A DNA stretch of 64,000 bases from Phoronis australis (Eukaryota > Animalia > Phoronida), in assembly GCA_002633005.1 (NCBI GenBank), contig NMRA01000442.1:245074-309073 (forward strand). The letters are read 5' to 3'. Position numbers and translations under genes: made by a program. Below, one piece after another: positions 38,401-51,500 of the stretch. A model generated the notes under the pieces. The model saw only the letters and a list, made by a program, of their open reading frames with translations. It did no database searches and was not told the DNA's origin. How positions within the stretch are numbered: position 1 is the first letter of the stretch; every line of letters begins with the position of its first letter.

Positions 38401-41400
38401 GTCTCCAATTTGGGACACCTAATTGTGGACAAATGATATTTATAGTCTAATTTTCTTTTCTGCAAAAGACATGTGGCACCAAATTTAATGCTTTTCCACA
38501 TCTACCACCAGACAAAACATTGAAAAGATTGGAGATATTTACAGTAATGATGGGGCCAGTGATGAATGAAATAACAGCCCTTTTGTCAGTTATTTTTTAT
38601 ATAAAAATGATGAATAATGAATGGCATTGGTGTTTTTCTGGAGTAGTACATCAGAATGTACCTGTAAACTAAGTATGTAGGTGTACACATAGACTTGTTT
38701 CACAACCTGGCGCCCTCTGTGGTGATATCCCAGCAGTTTTTAACTTCAACCAAAGCCGGTGCACTTGGCAGAGAGAACAAGTCAATACCTACATTTAACT
38801 TAGCAATATACCTCATTATAACTTAAAATGCTGAAAGGCTAACGTAGGAATACCATTTGCCTTTACAGGTCTCGTCTCTAGTGTGCTGACTTCATGCTTC
38901 GGGTCCCGCCCCGTTATACTTAGCGGAATTATCCTCATCGCTGCGGCCTATGGCTCACTGGCATTCGCTACCCATATCATTCATGTGCTAGTCTTCTTCA
39001 GTATACCATTTGGTATTGGTGTTGGGTTGGGATACACATCAACAATAGTACTGATATCAAAGTATTTTGTAAAGTACCGATCGACTGCCCAAGGTGTGTC
39101 CATGGCTGGTCACTCACTCGCTGGCATAACCGTTCCATGGCTAGTCAGGTAAAAAACTGCACAATATTTTTAAATTTAAGTCAAATAATCTGTTTCACTG
39201 GGATCCATGATTTATTCACAGCTACCGCTATTTTGCAAATTTTGAATACCCTAACAAAGGAAGAAGTTTCTGAAGTAACTATAAAAAACGTCTATTGTAA
39301 AGTAATATACAAAATCACCTCTTACAAATGCTTCTTTATCAAAATTATCTTGTCCTCTAATAACCATCTTTATTCATATATCTTTCAAGTGCAATCAAAG
39401 ACGAATTCGGTTTCCGTGGTACAATGGTTATTATTGGTGGAATCCTCCTTCATACAGCTATTCCAGCAAGCCTGTTCCGACCACCAGAATACTGGGAAAC
39501 AGAACTTGCTATGAAACATAGAAGAGAAAAGAAACACAACTTAATCGAACAGCCTTTGATTGACAACACACGTCAGACAAACCACCAAACAGCTGGTGGT
39601 CAACTTTCAAGAAGTCATGACACTGTTCTGGAACCAACTTGTAGAAAAGTGAAACCTGAACGACGGCTCTTCTTCAGTGTGATGGATTTGTCAAATGTAA
39701 ATACTTCAAATCGGACAGAGATGGGTTCGATGCTTATTCTAGGACATGAAGTTCGGGCAAGCCAATTAGAAATAGACTACTTAGAAAAGCAAGCCAAGGA
39801 AATTGAACACGTTGAGGCTAAAATGCATTGGAAACAATTGCTGCTTCATAGACTGAAAACATCCATCCAGTGGTCGGTGCTAAAAGACGTGCCATTTCTC
39901 ATCCACCTAGTGGTTGCCATTTGTGGTTTCATAGGCTTCCAGATGACATACACAGTACTACCGGCACATGCAGAGGACTTGGGATTTAGTCGGAAGGATG
40001 CATACTTCCTTATAACAGTAGCTTGCATTGGCGAGTTCCCCGCTCGGATCCTCCTCAGTATTGTGGCGGACAAGTGGGCGGAGATAAAATGGGGCCATAG
40101 ATTTCAGGTCATGTCCGTGTGCCTCTGTGTTACTGGAGCTGGTGTATTTGTGATTGCTTTCGCTACGTCATACGCACACCTAGTTGTGGGTTCAGCAGCA
40201 GTGGCATTCTTCTGTGGTGGGGGATTTCTCGCCATCCAAATAGATGTACTTAGGGACGCCATAGGGCTGGAGAAACTGACCAATGGCGGATTGGGACTGA
40301 ACTTGTTTTTCCAAGCTGTCACAATGAGTTCAGGTGCTGTGATCATAGGTAAACAGATATCAAGAAATGTGTAGCAATTTGTTTGCAAAGTCAAAATAGA
40401 TTTTTTAAAGTTTTAAGCCATGCAGAGCACCTTAAAACATTCTTGTTTCAAAAGAAAATGATTTGTCAGATGTTTCTAATGAAATGATGTAGCAACAACC
40501 TTGTTTCTGGAGTGAGTTTGATGATCGTGAGTTTTATAGTAATGTCCAGGTGAATTGGGCAAATTTCAGGTAGCATTTCTAGTTCCAGCAAACTGTAACT
40601 ACTGAGGTTACTGAACAAACAATTTCCATCCTCCGACAAGGCTTCATGCTTAATTCAAAAGAATGGCTTCAATGATTCTACCAAAGACTATAGTACATGG
40701 ACTGTCAACTTTGTATATTTTCAATGGACGAAATCTGTGATCTTGCACATAAGCAGTGACATCACTATTCACTAGTGACACCTGGCAAAATTAGCAACTT
40801 TTACTTTTGGCAAGTACGTCATCTGCTAAACATGGTCAGCCTTTGTGTGGTCGGGTGTCTCATGATATCAACAGTTCTATTATTAAAAAACTTTGAACAG
40901 CGTTTCAATGCCGAAACTATTTTATTTTTGTTGTACTGGTTAGTAAAATAGATGTGAGAATTTACCGTCACACTACACCAACCGGAAATTGAAATTGGTA
41001 ATTTTGGAGAGTGGCGACTCCTCTACGATAGTATGCAAGAAAATGTCGAAGTTGTGAATCTGTTGTCTATAATCCATGATTCGACCCATGATGGCACATG
41101 CCAGAAATTTAAGGAGTAATAGACTGTCAGTTTACTTACTACAGATCGTGACCATTAAACGGAAAATGTCAACGATCTTGGTGACAAACTTCTCGAAAGC
41201 ACAAATCACAAGCGATCCTTTGCATATTTCAACGTCAAAAGCAAGTAGTCCGTCTTCACACTCAATTCAACATCAGTGAGATAACATGGCCGGCAATGTA
41301 ATAAGGCAATTATGGATTACGCAACTAAACATTCGAGTCTCGTTGTATTTACCCACAGTGCCACAATATCGTTCAAGGCTCGTTTTTACGCCAATGGATG

Positions 41401-42438
41401 TTTTTGTTGTTATCATATTCTTTACAAGTTTTTCTTGGCTGCATTAGTCTCTTCCTCCTACTAGTGCCACCAAACTATAACTGCTCCACCTCCAAGGGAA
41501 GACTTAGTTGGATAAAGTTGGCCAATATTTGTGGAAGCGTGATATTAAGTTCTTTGCCTTTCCAACATCAATCAAAAACAAGAAAATGTGAAACGAGTGA
41601 ATAAAGAAAGTTCACTGAACAATAATCCCCTTTTGGCCTTTCCAAGTCCGATACTAAGAGTAAATCCGAAATAGTTCTACGGCCATATACCTCAATGGTT
41701 TCTAATATGACCTGTGAAAATGTGCCAGACATTCCAAAACTAGGCCAATGAAAACGAAGTTCCTTCTTAAATCTGGAAACTATTGCTGTATAATCCAGCC
41801 CTATTGTCTTTGAACACATTGAGCTCAGACAGTACTATGACCATCTTTAGTCAGTCAGTGAGTCTAAACTTGTAAAATAAGCTATTTAGGCCAAAGTCAC
41901 TATAACCGTGTGCAATTTAACATCACCAAAAACAGAAAAACATTGCCTAATAACAGCTATACAAATGTCAGCTTGCAAATGACAAAGTGAGAACAACACA
42001 GTTAAATACGGGTAACGGGTAACGTGTTGTCTGAAAATTTTAGTTACTTGCTTTAGTCATGTCATCAATGCTTTTTTACGCTATTGCAAAATTGCCAAAC
42101 ATAACAACCAACCCAAGTACAGAAACTTCCATGGCAATATGAATTTAACCCAAGAATGATTTAAAAGCATCAGCCATAATTCAATCCACTACCAATTTCA
42201 GTTTTCTAACAAATTACAACAACAAAAAATGGAAACGCCTACTGTCTGGTAATGCTTATAAAATAGGTTAACATCCTAATTAATCACATGAAGTACATTC
42301 ATTTCAGGGTTGCTGAGAGACAGGCTAGGAAGTTACAAATTGCCTTATGTCATGATTGGCTGTCTCGCCATTGCTGGGGGTCTACTGACATGGTTGCAGC
42401 TGCCAGCCAGGAAGTGGAGACAATCCCAGAATGCTTAA
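35411..42438 (+). CDS. SLC16: SLC16/monocarboxylate transporter family protein, gene 4 (~557 aa)
   Basis: Exons 35411-35570, 37248-37391, 38869-39148, 39390-40348, 42308-42438 (1674 nt, in frame, GT-AG). Confidence 0.9.
40682..41078 (+). mobile_element. ~400 bp MITE, copy in the last intron of gene 4
   Basis: Same position as the gene 3 copy; flanks ATTCTAC / ATTCGAC (7-bp TSD, one mismatch). Confidence 0.75.
41312..41820 (-). mobile_element. Retroposed fragment homologous to ~30855-31360
   Basis: High identity to the gene 3 intronic fragment; decayed minus-strand ORF. Confidence 0.45.
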
Positions 42439-43821
42439 GACCAGTGTACAACATTATGAACTGTGCTTGTAAAAAAAGGTTATGTTGGAGCCTGTAGACA
42501 GGTCTGAGTGGTTAATATATTTATCCAAACATCTATAAAACTACAGAGTTTAACTCACTAAAAGTATACATTCTAAAAAGTAGAAAGCATGTTTAATTTG
42601 ATTTTTTGACTTCCTGCCAATCTAAGTCATGTGACTACATATGTCTTTTTAGCATTTTGCAAAACAGAAAAGTACATTGATAGCAAAGTTATATGTTCAA
42701 AAACACCGTTTCACTTTTCCAAATTAATATTTTATTCCCATGCTATGCAAATTTATATTGTTTTCTTGAAAACTGTGTTGTAAATTTTATAGCCCCTCAT
42801 GCAAAAATGGGCATTATAAAAACAATTACTACATATGGTTTAAATAACAGTACAAAAAGCATAGTATATACGAAAGTTTCAAATTAAACCAGCCATTTCT
42901 GAGGAATGACATTTCTGAAGTATGAAGATTTAAATTTCCAAATTTGGTCTTCTCTCTACAGTCCTACAAAACCTTTACGATTTCATGGAAAGAATGTTCA
43001 CTTCCTTAATATTAGTCTTCCGTGGGATTTCTATTTACCCAAAACATGTGTATGACATGCATGCTTATTTATGAAATAAGGGACAATGTACTCTGATGCA
43101 GGGTCCTCTCAGTTGAGGAACAGGGGGCCTGAGCCCTCTGAAAGGGCAATTGTTTTTTCAGGTGAGGAGAAAATCACCTCACTTAAAAATGATTCTAAAC
43201 ATGACTACAATTTTTTAATCATTGTAAGAGATTGTTTGGGGCTGATGAGGGGTGCGCCCAAATATTGCTTTCCATATGGGCACACTTTAAACCAGTAACA
43301 CTGATATTAGGCAATATTAACTCTTAACAAACACTCTCTGAAAGAGGCTATCAGCAAATGTGTAGTTTTCCCCGTGAGTTTTAAATCGCTAATAATATTA
43401 CATTTCCAATGTTGTTTTTCCTGCGGAGTGCTACTGGCAAGATTTAGCACATACGCAGTAGCAAGTGGTATCAATTTCTGGCGATGATCCAAAGTCTTAA
43501 GCTAAAAGCAGAACACACAACACTTTGCCTCTACAGTTGTTCAAAACCGAAAAGTGGTGCATTTTTCAATTACCATTATGGCCAGCTTTAAAATTCAATC
43601 AAAAGGAAGGTGCAACACACAAAAAAGTCCCATGAAACACTCAGCCCCCTCATAGTTGCCATGTGGTCACCCCTCAGTCACCATAGAAAGGCAATGGCAC
43701 GGACTTTCACTCTCATTTTTTTTTTCATTTTCAAAGGATCTCAACAATGTTTTGAATGTTAACAAATTCTAAGGATCATTGTCAGGCGGTAGCTATGGTA
43801 AACAAGATATAGTCTTTTACT

Positions 43822-45420
43822 AAACAAGAGCAATGCGGAGTGTTGAAATGTGCCCACGAATGCAATGCAAATGGTGTGCTTCTAGGAATGTTTATTTGTA
43901 TCATAAAAATGGCCACCAGATGGCGCAAAATAAATCGAATCCATCTGAAAATGGGAACATGGCATCGTTTTTTGATAGAAAGCTATTTATTGCATTTCAT
44001 AAAAATCTGTCAAGGAACTTCAAAGCAACAGAAGAAAACGGAAAAAATGAAATTGCCACTAGGGGGCAGAGTGTTCGTCAGAAAAGTACGAAAGTCGTCG
44101 TCATCCGTTGTCAACTTCATATGAATACATTAATTTTTGCTACGTTTAATTAAACATCCTGCAGAGTACTTAGGAGATACAGCTATTGGCGAAAAAAAAA
44201 CTGCCACTAGGAGGCGACACAGTATTCGTCAGCCCTCCTTGCCACATTAGGAACATACATGCCAATTTCCACAATCATCCATAGAGTGGTTTGGTTGACA
44301 AAGGGGCAGATGCCGAAAAACAGACTGGAAAATGGTAAAGATGGCCATTATGTGGCGCAAAATACCTCGAATTCAACCGAAAACCAGAGGATAACGTCAC
44401 CTCACTAATAGATGCTTATCTGCTAAATTTTATGAAAATCCTTTGAAGATACAGAGGTAAGCGTAAAAAGTTGCCACTAAGGGGCGCACCGATAATCCAA
44501 TCCCTTCGAAAGTCATTGTACTCTGCTTTCAACTCCATATATATACACCAGCAAAATTCAATACATATCCTGTAGAGCATATAGGAGATAAAGTCATGGG
44601 CACAAAAACAAACAAAAATGTCACTAGGAGGTGCCATAGTAGTCAAGATCATCATTAACCGCCCTCTTCCAATAAGAGCATGTATGTCAATTTTCAAAAT
44701 CAACCCTAGACCAGTTTGGTTGATAAAAGGGCGGACGCCAAAAACAGACTCGGTGGCGCGAAGTACCTCAAATCTGTCCGAAAACGAGAGCATGGCATCA
44801 TCTCACTAATAGATGCCCAACTGCCAAATTTTATGAAAATCCGTTGAGGATCTCTAAAGGTACAGAGATAAGCGTAAAAAAATTAAACTTGCCACGAGGG
44901 GGCACTCAGGTAGTAACAGATGTCTGAAATTCGTCGCCATCCATCGTCAGCTTCATAGGAGCACATCTGCCAAATCTCATCAAGATTCTGTGAGGGGTTT
45001 AGGAGATATAGCCATGGGCGCAAAAAAAAAATTGCCACTTGGAGGCGCCGAAGTAGTCGAAGTTGTTGGAAAATCATCGTCAACCTCCCTCTTCTCAGTA
45101 AAAACATATAGTCCAATTTTAAAACTTATCCCTAGAGCGGTCTGGTTGATAGAAGTGCGGATGCCAAAAACTAGACTCGAAAAGAGTAAAAATGGCCACT
45201 AGGTGGTGCAAAACACCTTGAATCCATCTGAAAGCGGGAGGATAGCGTCATCTCATGCATAACAGTCAAATTTTATGAAAATCCGTTCATGGCTTCCGAA
45301 GATACAGAGGTAAGCGTAAAAAAATAAAATTGCCAGTAGGGGGCACACCTGTAGTCGGAGAGGTCTGCAATTTGTAATCAACCGTCGCAAGCTTTCAAGC
45401 AGTTTTAGGCACAAAAGTAG
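43822..45420 (-). mobile_element. HINE-type element, copy B (about 11 tandem units)
   Basis: Begins AAACAAGAGCAATGCGGAGTGTTGAAATGTGCCCAC with the same upstream flank as copy A; recurrent GCCAC(T/C)AG(G/A)NGGC units. Confidence 0.75.
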
Positions 45421-45441
45421 GAAAAAATAAAACACTTTTTC

Positions 45442-46527
45442 AAACAAGAGCAACGCGGAGCGTTGAAATGCGCCCACAATTGCACCGCATACGGTATCCT
45501 TCTAGGGTTGTTTATTGGTACCATAAAGTGGCCAGTAGAGGGCATACTTTGCAAAATGGAAAGGCATGGTCCTTGTCTCCTCAATAGGCTAGGGGCAAAA
45601 TGTGAGTAATCTTCATAATACAAGCACATCCTATACACCAGTTGCTTAAAGCACCACAGAAACATAGAATTAAAAACAAATTTACCAACATACGAGATTA
45701 GCACAGCATTAGAATGCCAGAAACAAATTTCTACTTGGAACTTTTCCTTCACAGTCACGAAGTAACACAAAGTATACACCTGAAGACCTATGAAAATACA
45801 GAGGTCAATGTAAAATACTAAAATTGCCACTAGAGGCAAATACTAAAATTGCCACTAGAGGCATACCGGTAATCAGAATCATCCTAAAGTCGTCATCGTC
45901 CGTTGTCAACATCACATAAATACACTTGCTAAATTTAGTAAAGATCCTGCAAACGGTTTGGGAGATACAGCCATGGGCGCAAAAAAACAAAACTGCCACT
46001 AGGAGGCGCCACAGTAGTCCAAATCGTCTGAAAATCATTGTCAGCTGTCTTCCTTATAGTAAGCACATACACGCCAATTTTCACAATCATCCTTTGAGCG
46101 GTTTGGTTGATAGAGGGGTGGACGCAAAAATACAGACTCGAAAACAGTAAAAATGGCCACTAGGTGGCGCAAACTACGTCGAATCCATCTGAAAACAGTA
46201 GGATAGCGTCATCTCACTAATAGGTGCCTACATACCAAATTTCATGAAAATCCGTTCAATACTTTTGAAGATACAAAGGTAAGCGTAAAAAACTAAAATT
46301 GCCACTAGGGGGCACACCGGTAGTTGGATCCGTCCGAAAGTTCGCACATGCCGTCCCATTCATGAATGGAACATATGTGCCAAATTTCATGAACGTATGT
46401 CAAAGGGTTTTGGAGATAGAGCCGCGGACGCCAGACGCCGGACGCCGGACGGACGCCGCCCGGACGGACGGATGGACAGAGATGACGGCATAATGCGTCC
46501 ACATATAAATATGTGGGCGCATAAAAA
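45442..46527 (-). mobile_element. HINE-type element, copy C (both termini intact)
   Basis: Stem-loop CAACGC-GGA-GCGTTG after AAACAAGAG; subTIR TGCGCCCACA (~45469) inverted to TGTGGGCGCA (~46512); hairpin ATGCGTCCACATATAAATATGTGGGCGCAT; (GGAC)n/GGACGCC microsatellite ~46426-46477; ends in ATAAAAA. Confidence 0.82.
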
Positions 46528-48509
46528 GTAGGAAAAAGTAGGAACTGTGGAGTGAAAAGTATTAAAAAGTAGGAACAAGAGCAGGCGTTCAGGAGTAGTT
46601 TTAAACAATATTTACCAAATGAATGACGTTCATCTCATAAAAGAGGCAGTAATCACCATTAGTTGGAGAGTTGGCAAGACTTTATTCACACTCTTAAGTG
46701 CAAAAAGTTTGACTGCGTAATTTTATTGTACGTCACCTACCACTGAAGGAAAGGGGCATCTTAAGTGGCACAGTCCTTGGGTTTTGATCTCTGGGGTGTT
46801 CAAAAGAGCACCCAAATGTCCAATTAATTAAGATTTCGAGAGCAACATCCCTTACAAGTTCATTTCATGCAAATCAGCACTCAAATAAAAATGACGCAAC
46901 TTAAAGCACGAAAATGCCTGGTGTTACAAATTATGACGCCTACTAATTAACAACCAATTAATGATTTATTTAAACCTTTAAGTGCAACAAAAATTCTTTT
47001 TCCAACAGTTTAGTAACTCACTGGACACCTTATCCCCACAATAAGACACGACTTTCCCTCGAGTTTGCACATAAATTGGGGGTGTTTGGACTCCAAAAGA
47101 TAAGAAGACCCTCAAAAATGAGCTTTTGTAAAAGAGGAAATACAAAATTTTTATTACTGCTATGGATGAAACACTATTTCAGTTAACAAAAATACACCTT
47201 ATCGCATGAACGATTCTTGTGTTGCTGAATGATTACGACACTTCAGGTAATAGTAATTATTCACGCTGCTGTAATTTAACTGCAAACATTTAAGTCGTGA
47301 TCGTCCCCACTCTCTTCAGCAAATGATTCCATTTCTCTTGGTAGAGGATCATGGTCTTCATCTACGTCACTGTTGATACCGTCATCCCTCTCAGAATCGT
47401 CTAAATATTTAATTTGCAGAAAGTCTACCAAGTTGGTGACTATGTATTTAATATGTACGCGTTAGAAATGCCTTTGATATACAATAAGTGATATGTACGG
47501 TATATACGTATACATGTACATGTATATTGTCTGCAATGTCACGAACGTAAAATTACCCATAAAAAAATCGTGGAAAACAAGTCAATTCGGTACGTAGAGC
47601 CTGATGTGCTGCGATTGAAAGTATTAGAGTCCCTTTCGATTGCATTTGAGAAGCCTGTTTTGAATGAGCAGCAAACAGGATCGCGCCGCACGTTACACTT
47701 GTTAGCGTGATTTTCCTGTTACCCCCTCTTCATTAGTCATTTTTTGCAGTATTTCACACCCACTGTGTCTCACTATGTATGTTTCCAGCTTATGCTCTGT
47801 GTTGGCATTAGTGCATCATTTTATACTCACTTGAGAATGAAACAAGTATGTTTCGAAATATCGTGTACCTTTTAATTATGTCGCTAGGTCAGTTACTTCA
47901 TCTATGTTCCGTAGAGAATAGAGTTTAATATTTCAAAGATGAACGAAATGGAACAAAGACTGTCAACAATGAAAAGTGTCGTGTGTTCAATCAATTCTGT
48001 AAATGTCTAATTATGAATATGTATGTATATATATATAATATATACTAACTAGATGCCGAGTATTTTAAATTATTGATCGTTCAAGAAAATCCGGCATTGT
48101 GGAATTTCATTATACAGTCTTTTCTTATCTCAATAACTACCATGCAATGACGCCACTGTGTACCTGTGCATTGGGTAAATTAAACCTAAACAAACATTTC
48201 CAGTAGACCAGTTATTTTGCTGACCCAGATATGTGACATAGGTCATGTGTCACTCTTGGGAACATTGGGAACCAACTTCCCTAGCTAACACCAACACAAT
48301 GGGAGAATAAGAAAAGATAGTCAGAACAGTTTACCACAATGGACCATTATAATAACTGCTGAAGCAAGGATAGGCAAAACAGGATAATGAATAGGACAAC
48401 TTATAAGAAGGATACAGCTTAGACCAGACCCACATATCAATTATCTATTGGTGTGCCATCTGATTAGATATTTCCAACACAGGAAACTGATGGTCTAGAG
48501 TCAACAGAC

Positions 48510-51500
48510 ATGGACAGACAAGATCAACTGCTCAGCACCAGAGACCAAACTAGTCAAACAGATTCAGACCAGCGGCCATGGATAGACAGAGGATGGGCCT
48601 GGGTCATTGTGGCTGGTGAGTGGTTTGTTTTTATAACTAGGATGCAGGATAAAGCATTTTGCCTGTTAGTCTTCCTTTGGCAAATAACACTTAAGTTATA
48701 CGAAACTAGTTGTCATTTCATTGCCATAAGACATTGTGAACAAAACCCATTTGGATCTCAAGTCTGATAATTTTCAAAGCAAGCAGTGCACACTTTATTA
48801 TCCATTGTACATTACACGGAGGGAACCACAAAAAATAAAATTGCCACTAGAGGGCACAGCAGTAGACGAATCTGTCCATATCTGTTGCCACCTGTCTTTA
48901 GCTTAGTAAGAGAGATACAACAGTGGACGGCCAGACAGTGATGACAGCCATACGTGCCAACATATTTATAAGTGGGTGCATATGGTCCACATGTAAATAT
49001 GTGGGTGCATAAAAAGTGCAAATGAAATTCCTGTGAACTCCGGGGCAGCTTTTTCAGTTACAGTTACAAACTTACTTGTATTTTAGAAAAAATGGGTAAG
49101 GAGACAGGTACTATAATGATTTAGATCTCATTTGTCCAAGTGTGGAGGTACTGTTACATAGTGGGTTGAGTGTCATCCTGTTCCCAAGGTAACGACTTTA
49201 AATGCCCGACCACTGGACCCCATTGCTAGACCCACAAGTCAAGTCTCTAGCTGCTCAGCTCCATGTTAATTTGTGTGTTACTATGTGTATACGTATATTT
49301 GGTAAATGCAAAATGGCTTCACGTGTCTGGTGCAATTGGCCTGGCCGGCACGTGTCCGATGAAACATGAATCAAATCCCATCCGGGATTTTTTAATAGGT
49401 GTTGTTAGTTAACGATGTATCTGTACAACTTCTGCTACGCGTATGTTCAATGATGGCTGTGCCTGTAACTTATACGTCTTTAGTTCTGAATCTGTTTTTC
49501 AGGCTGCTTTGCAGTGAACTACGCCGCCTTAGGACAGATGAGATGCATTGGTATTCACTTCATAGAGATACAGAGCATCTTTGATGAAAGTAGCACCATG
49601 GTGTCCATCATGCCATCTGTCGTATATTTCCTAGTGCTTGGCATGTGTAAGTCTTCCATACAAAGAATGTAGTCTTACAGGAATACAGTCAAGGTCAAAC
49701 ATTGCTAAATTACTATTTGTACACATACATGATAGACAAACCTCGATCACACGAATGCGACATCTTATCAGCAAGGTGTTCCATAGACAACCTAGTAATA
49801 GAATTGCGCAAGATGATGTCAAATAAACAGACAACTTTGATTAGCCAAAGTGTGACTGTGACAGCTGTGTCAATACTTGGTGTAGTCAAAGGTTGCCTGC
49901 GGCTTAGTTTGTATCTGCAGGGCTTGGAATGACCAATGACAAAAAGCGCGGAAACTTTTACGGCCCAAAACATGCCCGCTACCCAGACTTGAAATAGTCG
50001 GTGCGATCGGTAGGACTAAAAAAAAAAAACGTTACCACCATCAGTAACATGCGTCTGCGTCTTTTTATCTCGTCCATCCACTCCTCCACTCCCACCCCCA
50101 CACATTTTTTGGCTGCAAAGCTTTAGTATTTGTCACCGCGGTTTACAATCACACGAGACGCCATTGAAAATCCCACCACGCCCCGGCAATGTCGACAATT
50201 TACATTCCTCCGAAACATAAAGAGCAACTTCCGCTTTTCGATGTGAACGTCGTCGGCAACGCCGCGGTAAGAAAGGAATTTGCCGCGGAAATTTTATATC
50301 AAATCAGATTTTTTTACGCAGAAATATAATAAAATGCACGGAAAGAACATTTGAAAAAAGCGGAAATCCGCGTTTCCGCGAAAAATTCCAAGCCCTGTAT
50401 CTGACAGCAGCTTGTCCGATGTTAGGATACTGAGGTGACTGCAAAGTGAGGATTTCATGTGCTTAAAAGTTTGATACGCAAGGACACATCCAGGCCATTG
50501 CCTTTAACACTGCACACTAATACTCCGTTTCCGCCAGAAAATCAATACACAACTACACAGTTTCGAGTTGGTTATGGGTAGTGCATGCGCACCGGTGTGG
50601 CAGAGAACTAGGTTCAATAAACAAATTGACTTTTACATTGCGCTCAACGGGGACTCGACAATGATTTATCTGTTTTTGATAGCAATTTAATGTGATCAGC
50701 ATGAAGATTTTGCAGGGTTATTAGGACACAGAAAGTTTCAAATTGCTCACTAAGTTGGGTTAGTCTTTGTTCATCAGCTGATGGGTGACAATTTGGATTT
50801 GCAATCTAGTACTTTCAAAATGCCTTTCTCACTAACATCGATGCTTTGGTATTAAAGGAAGTGTCGGTCAGTGGGAATGCTTACATTTGGTCTCAATCAA
50901 AGATAGCAGCTCAAGTTTACTTTAGAGAAAACTGGTCGATTTAATGGCAAAGTGCTGACATGTCGCTATGAGTGGGAACACACAACTTTAGTGTCCATCA
51001 GAAATATCAACAGGTGTCACTGCTGTGACAATGGGGATGGTCATATTATGCCTCCTCGCAATAACTTCAATGACTATAGCATCACCCAGCGATATCTCCA
51101 AGGTCTAGTAACTAAGGAAGCTAATGGGAAAGCTCAAGATAACTTTGCAGTTTATGTCAGTGCCTTGCTTCGGAAAGGTCAAAAGATGTGTTTTTTTGTA
51201 TTGTGAAGTGGACTCCATGAAAATATGGCAGAATGACATTTTTGATATTTCTGAAATAAGTGCAGAAAAATCCAATTAGGGACACCTAATTGTGGACAAA
51301 TAGTATATATAACCTCATTTTCTTTTCATCAAGAGATGTAGCACCAAATTTAATGCTTTGCACGTGCCATCAGACAAGAATTTGAAAAAATTGCAGATGT
51401 TCCATAGGCAGATTGAGGGGGGGGTCGGCCCCTTGGCTACCGCAAAAAAATAAAACAGCAAGAGCATAGGGAAATGTTGAGTTTATTAATTAACCCTGGT

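Noticed and set aside
17910-40394. Antisense ORFs overlapping SLC16 exon 4
   Set aside because: Shadow ORFs of the coding strand, repeated only because the paralogs are similar
43833-46608. Many short ORFs and a superficially CRISPR-like regular motif
   Set aside because: Units are homologous along their whole length (no unique spacers), the context is eukaryotic and there are no cas genes; explained by HINE tandem repeats
38185-51206. Near-identical ~84 aa ORFs in intron 2 of genes 4 and 5
   Set aside because: GTG starts, no known motif, and identity no higher than the surrounding duplicated intron
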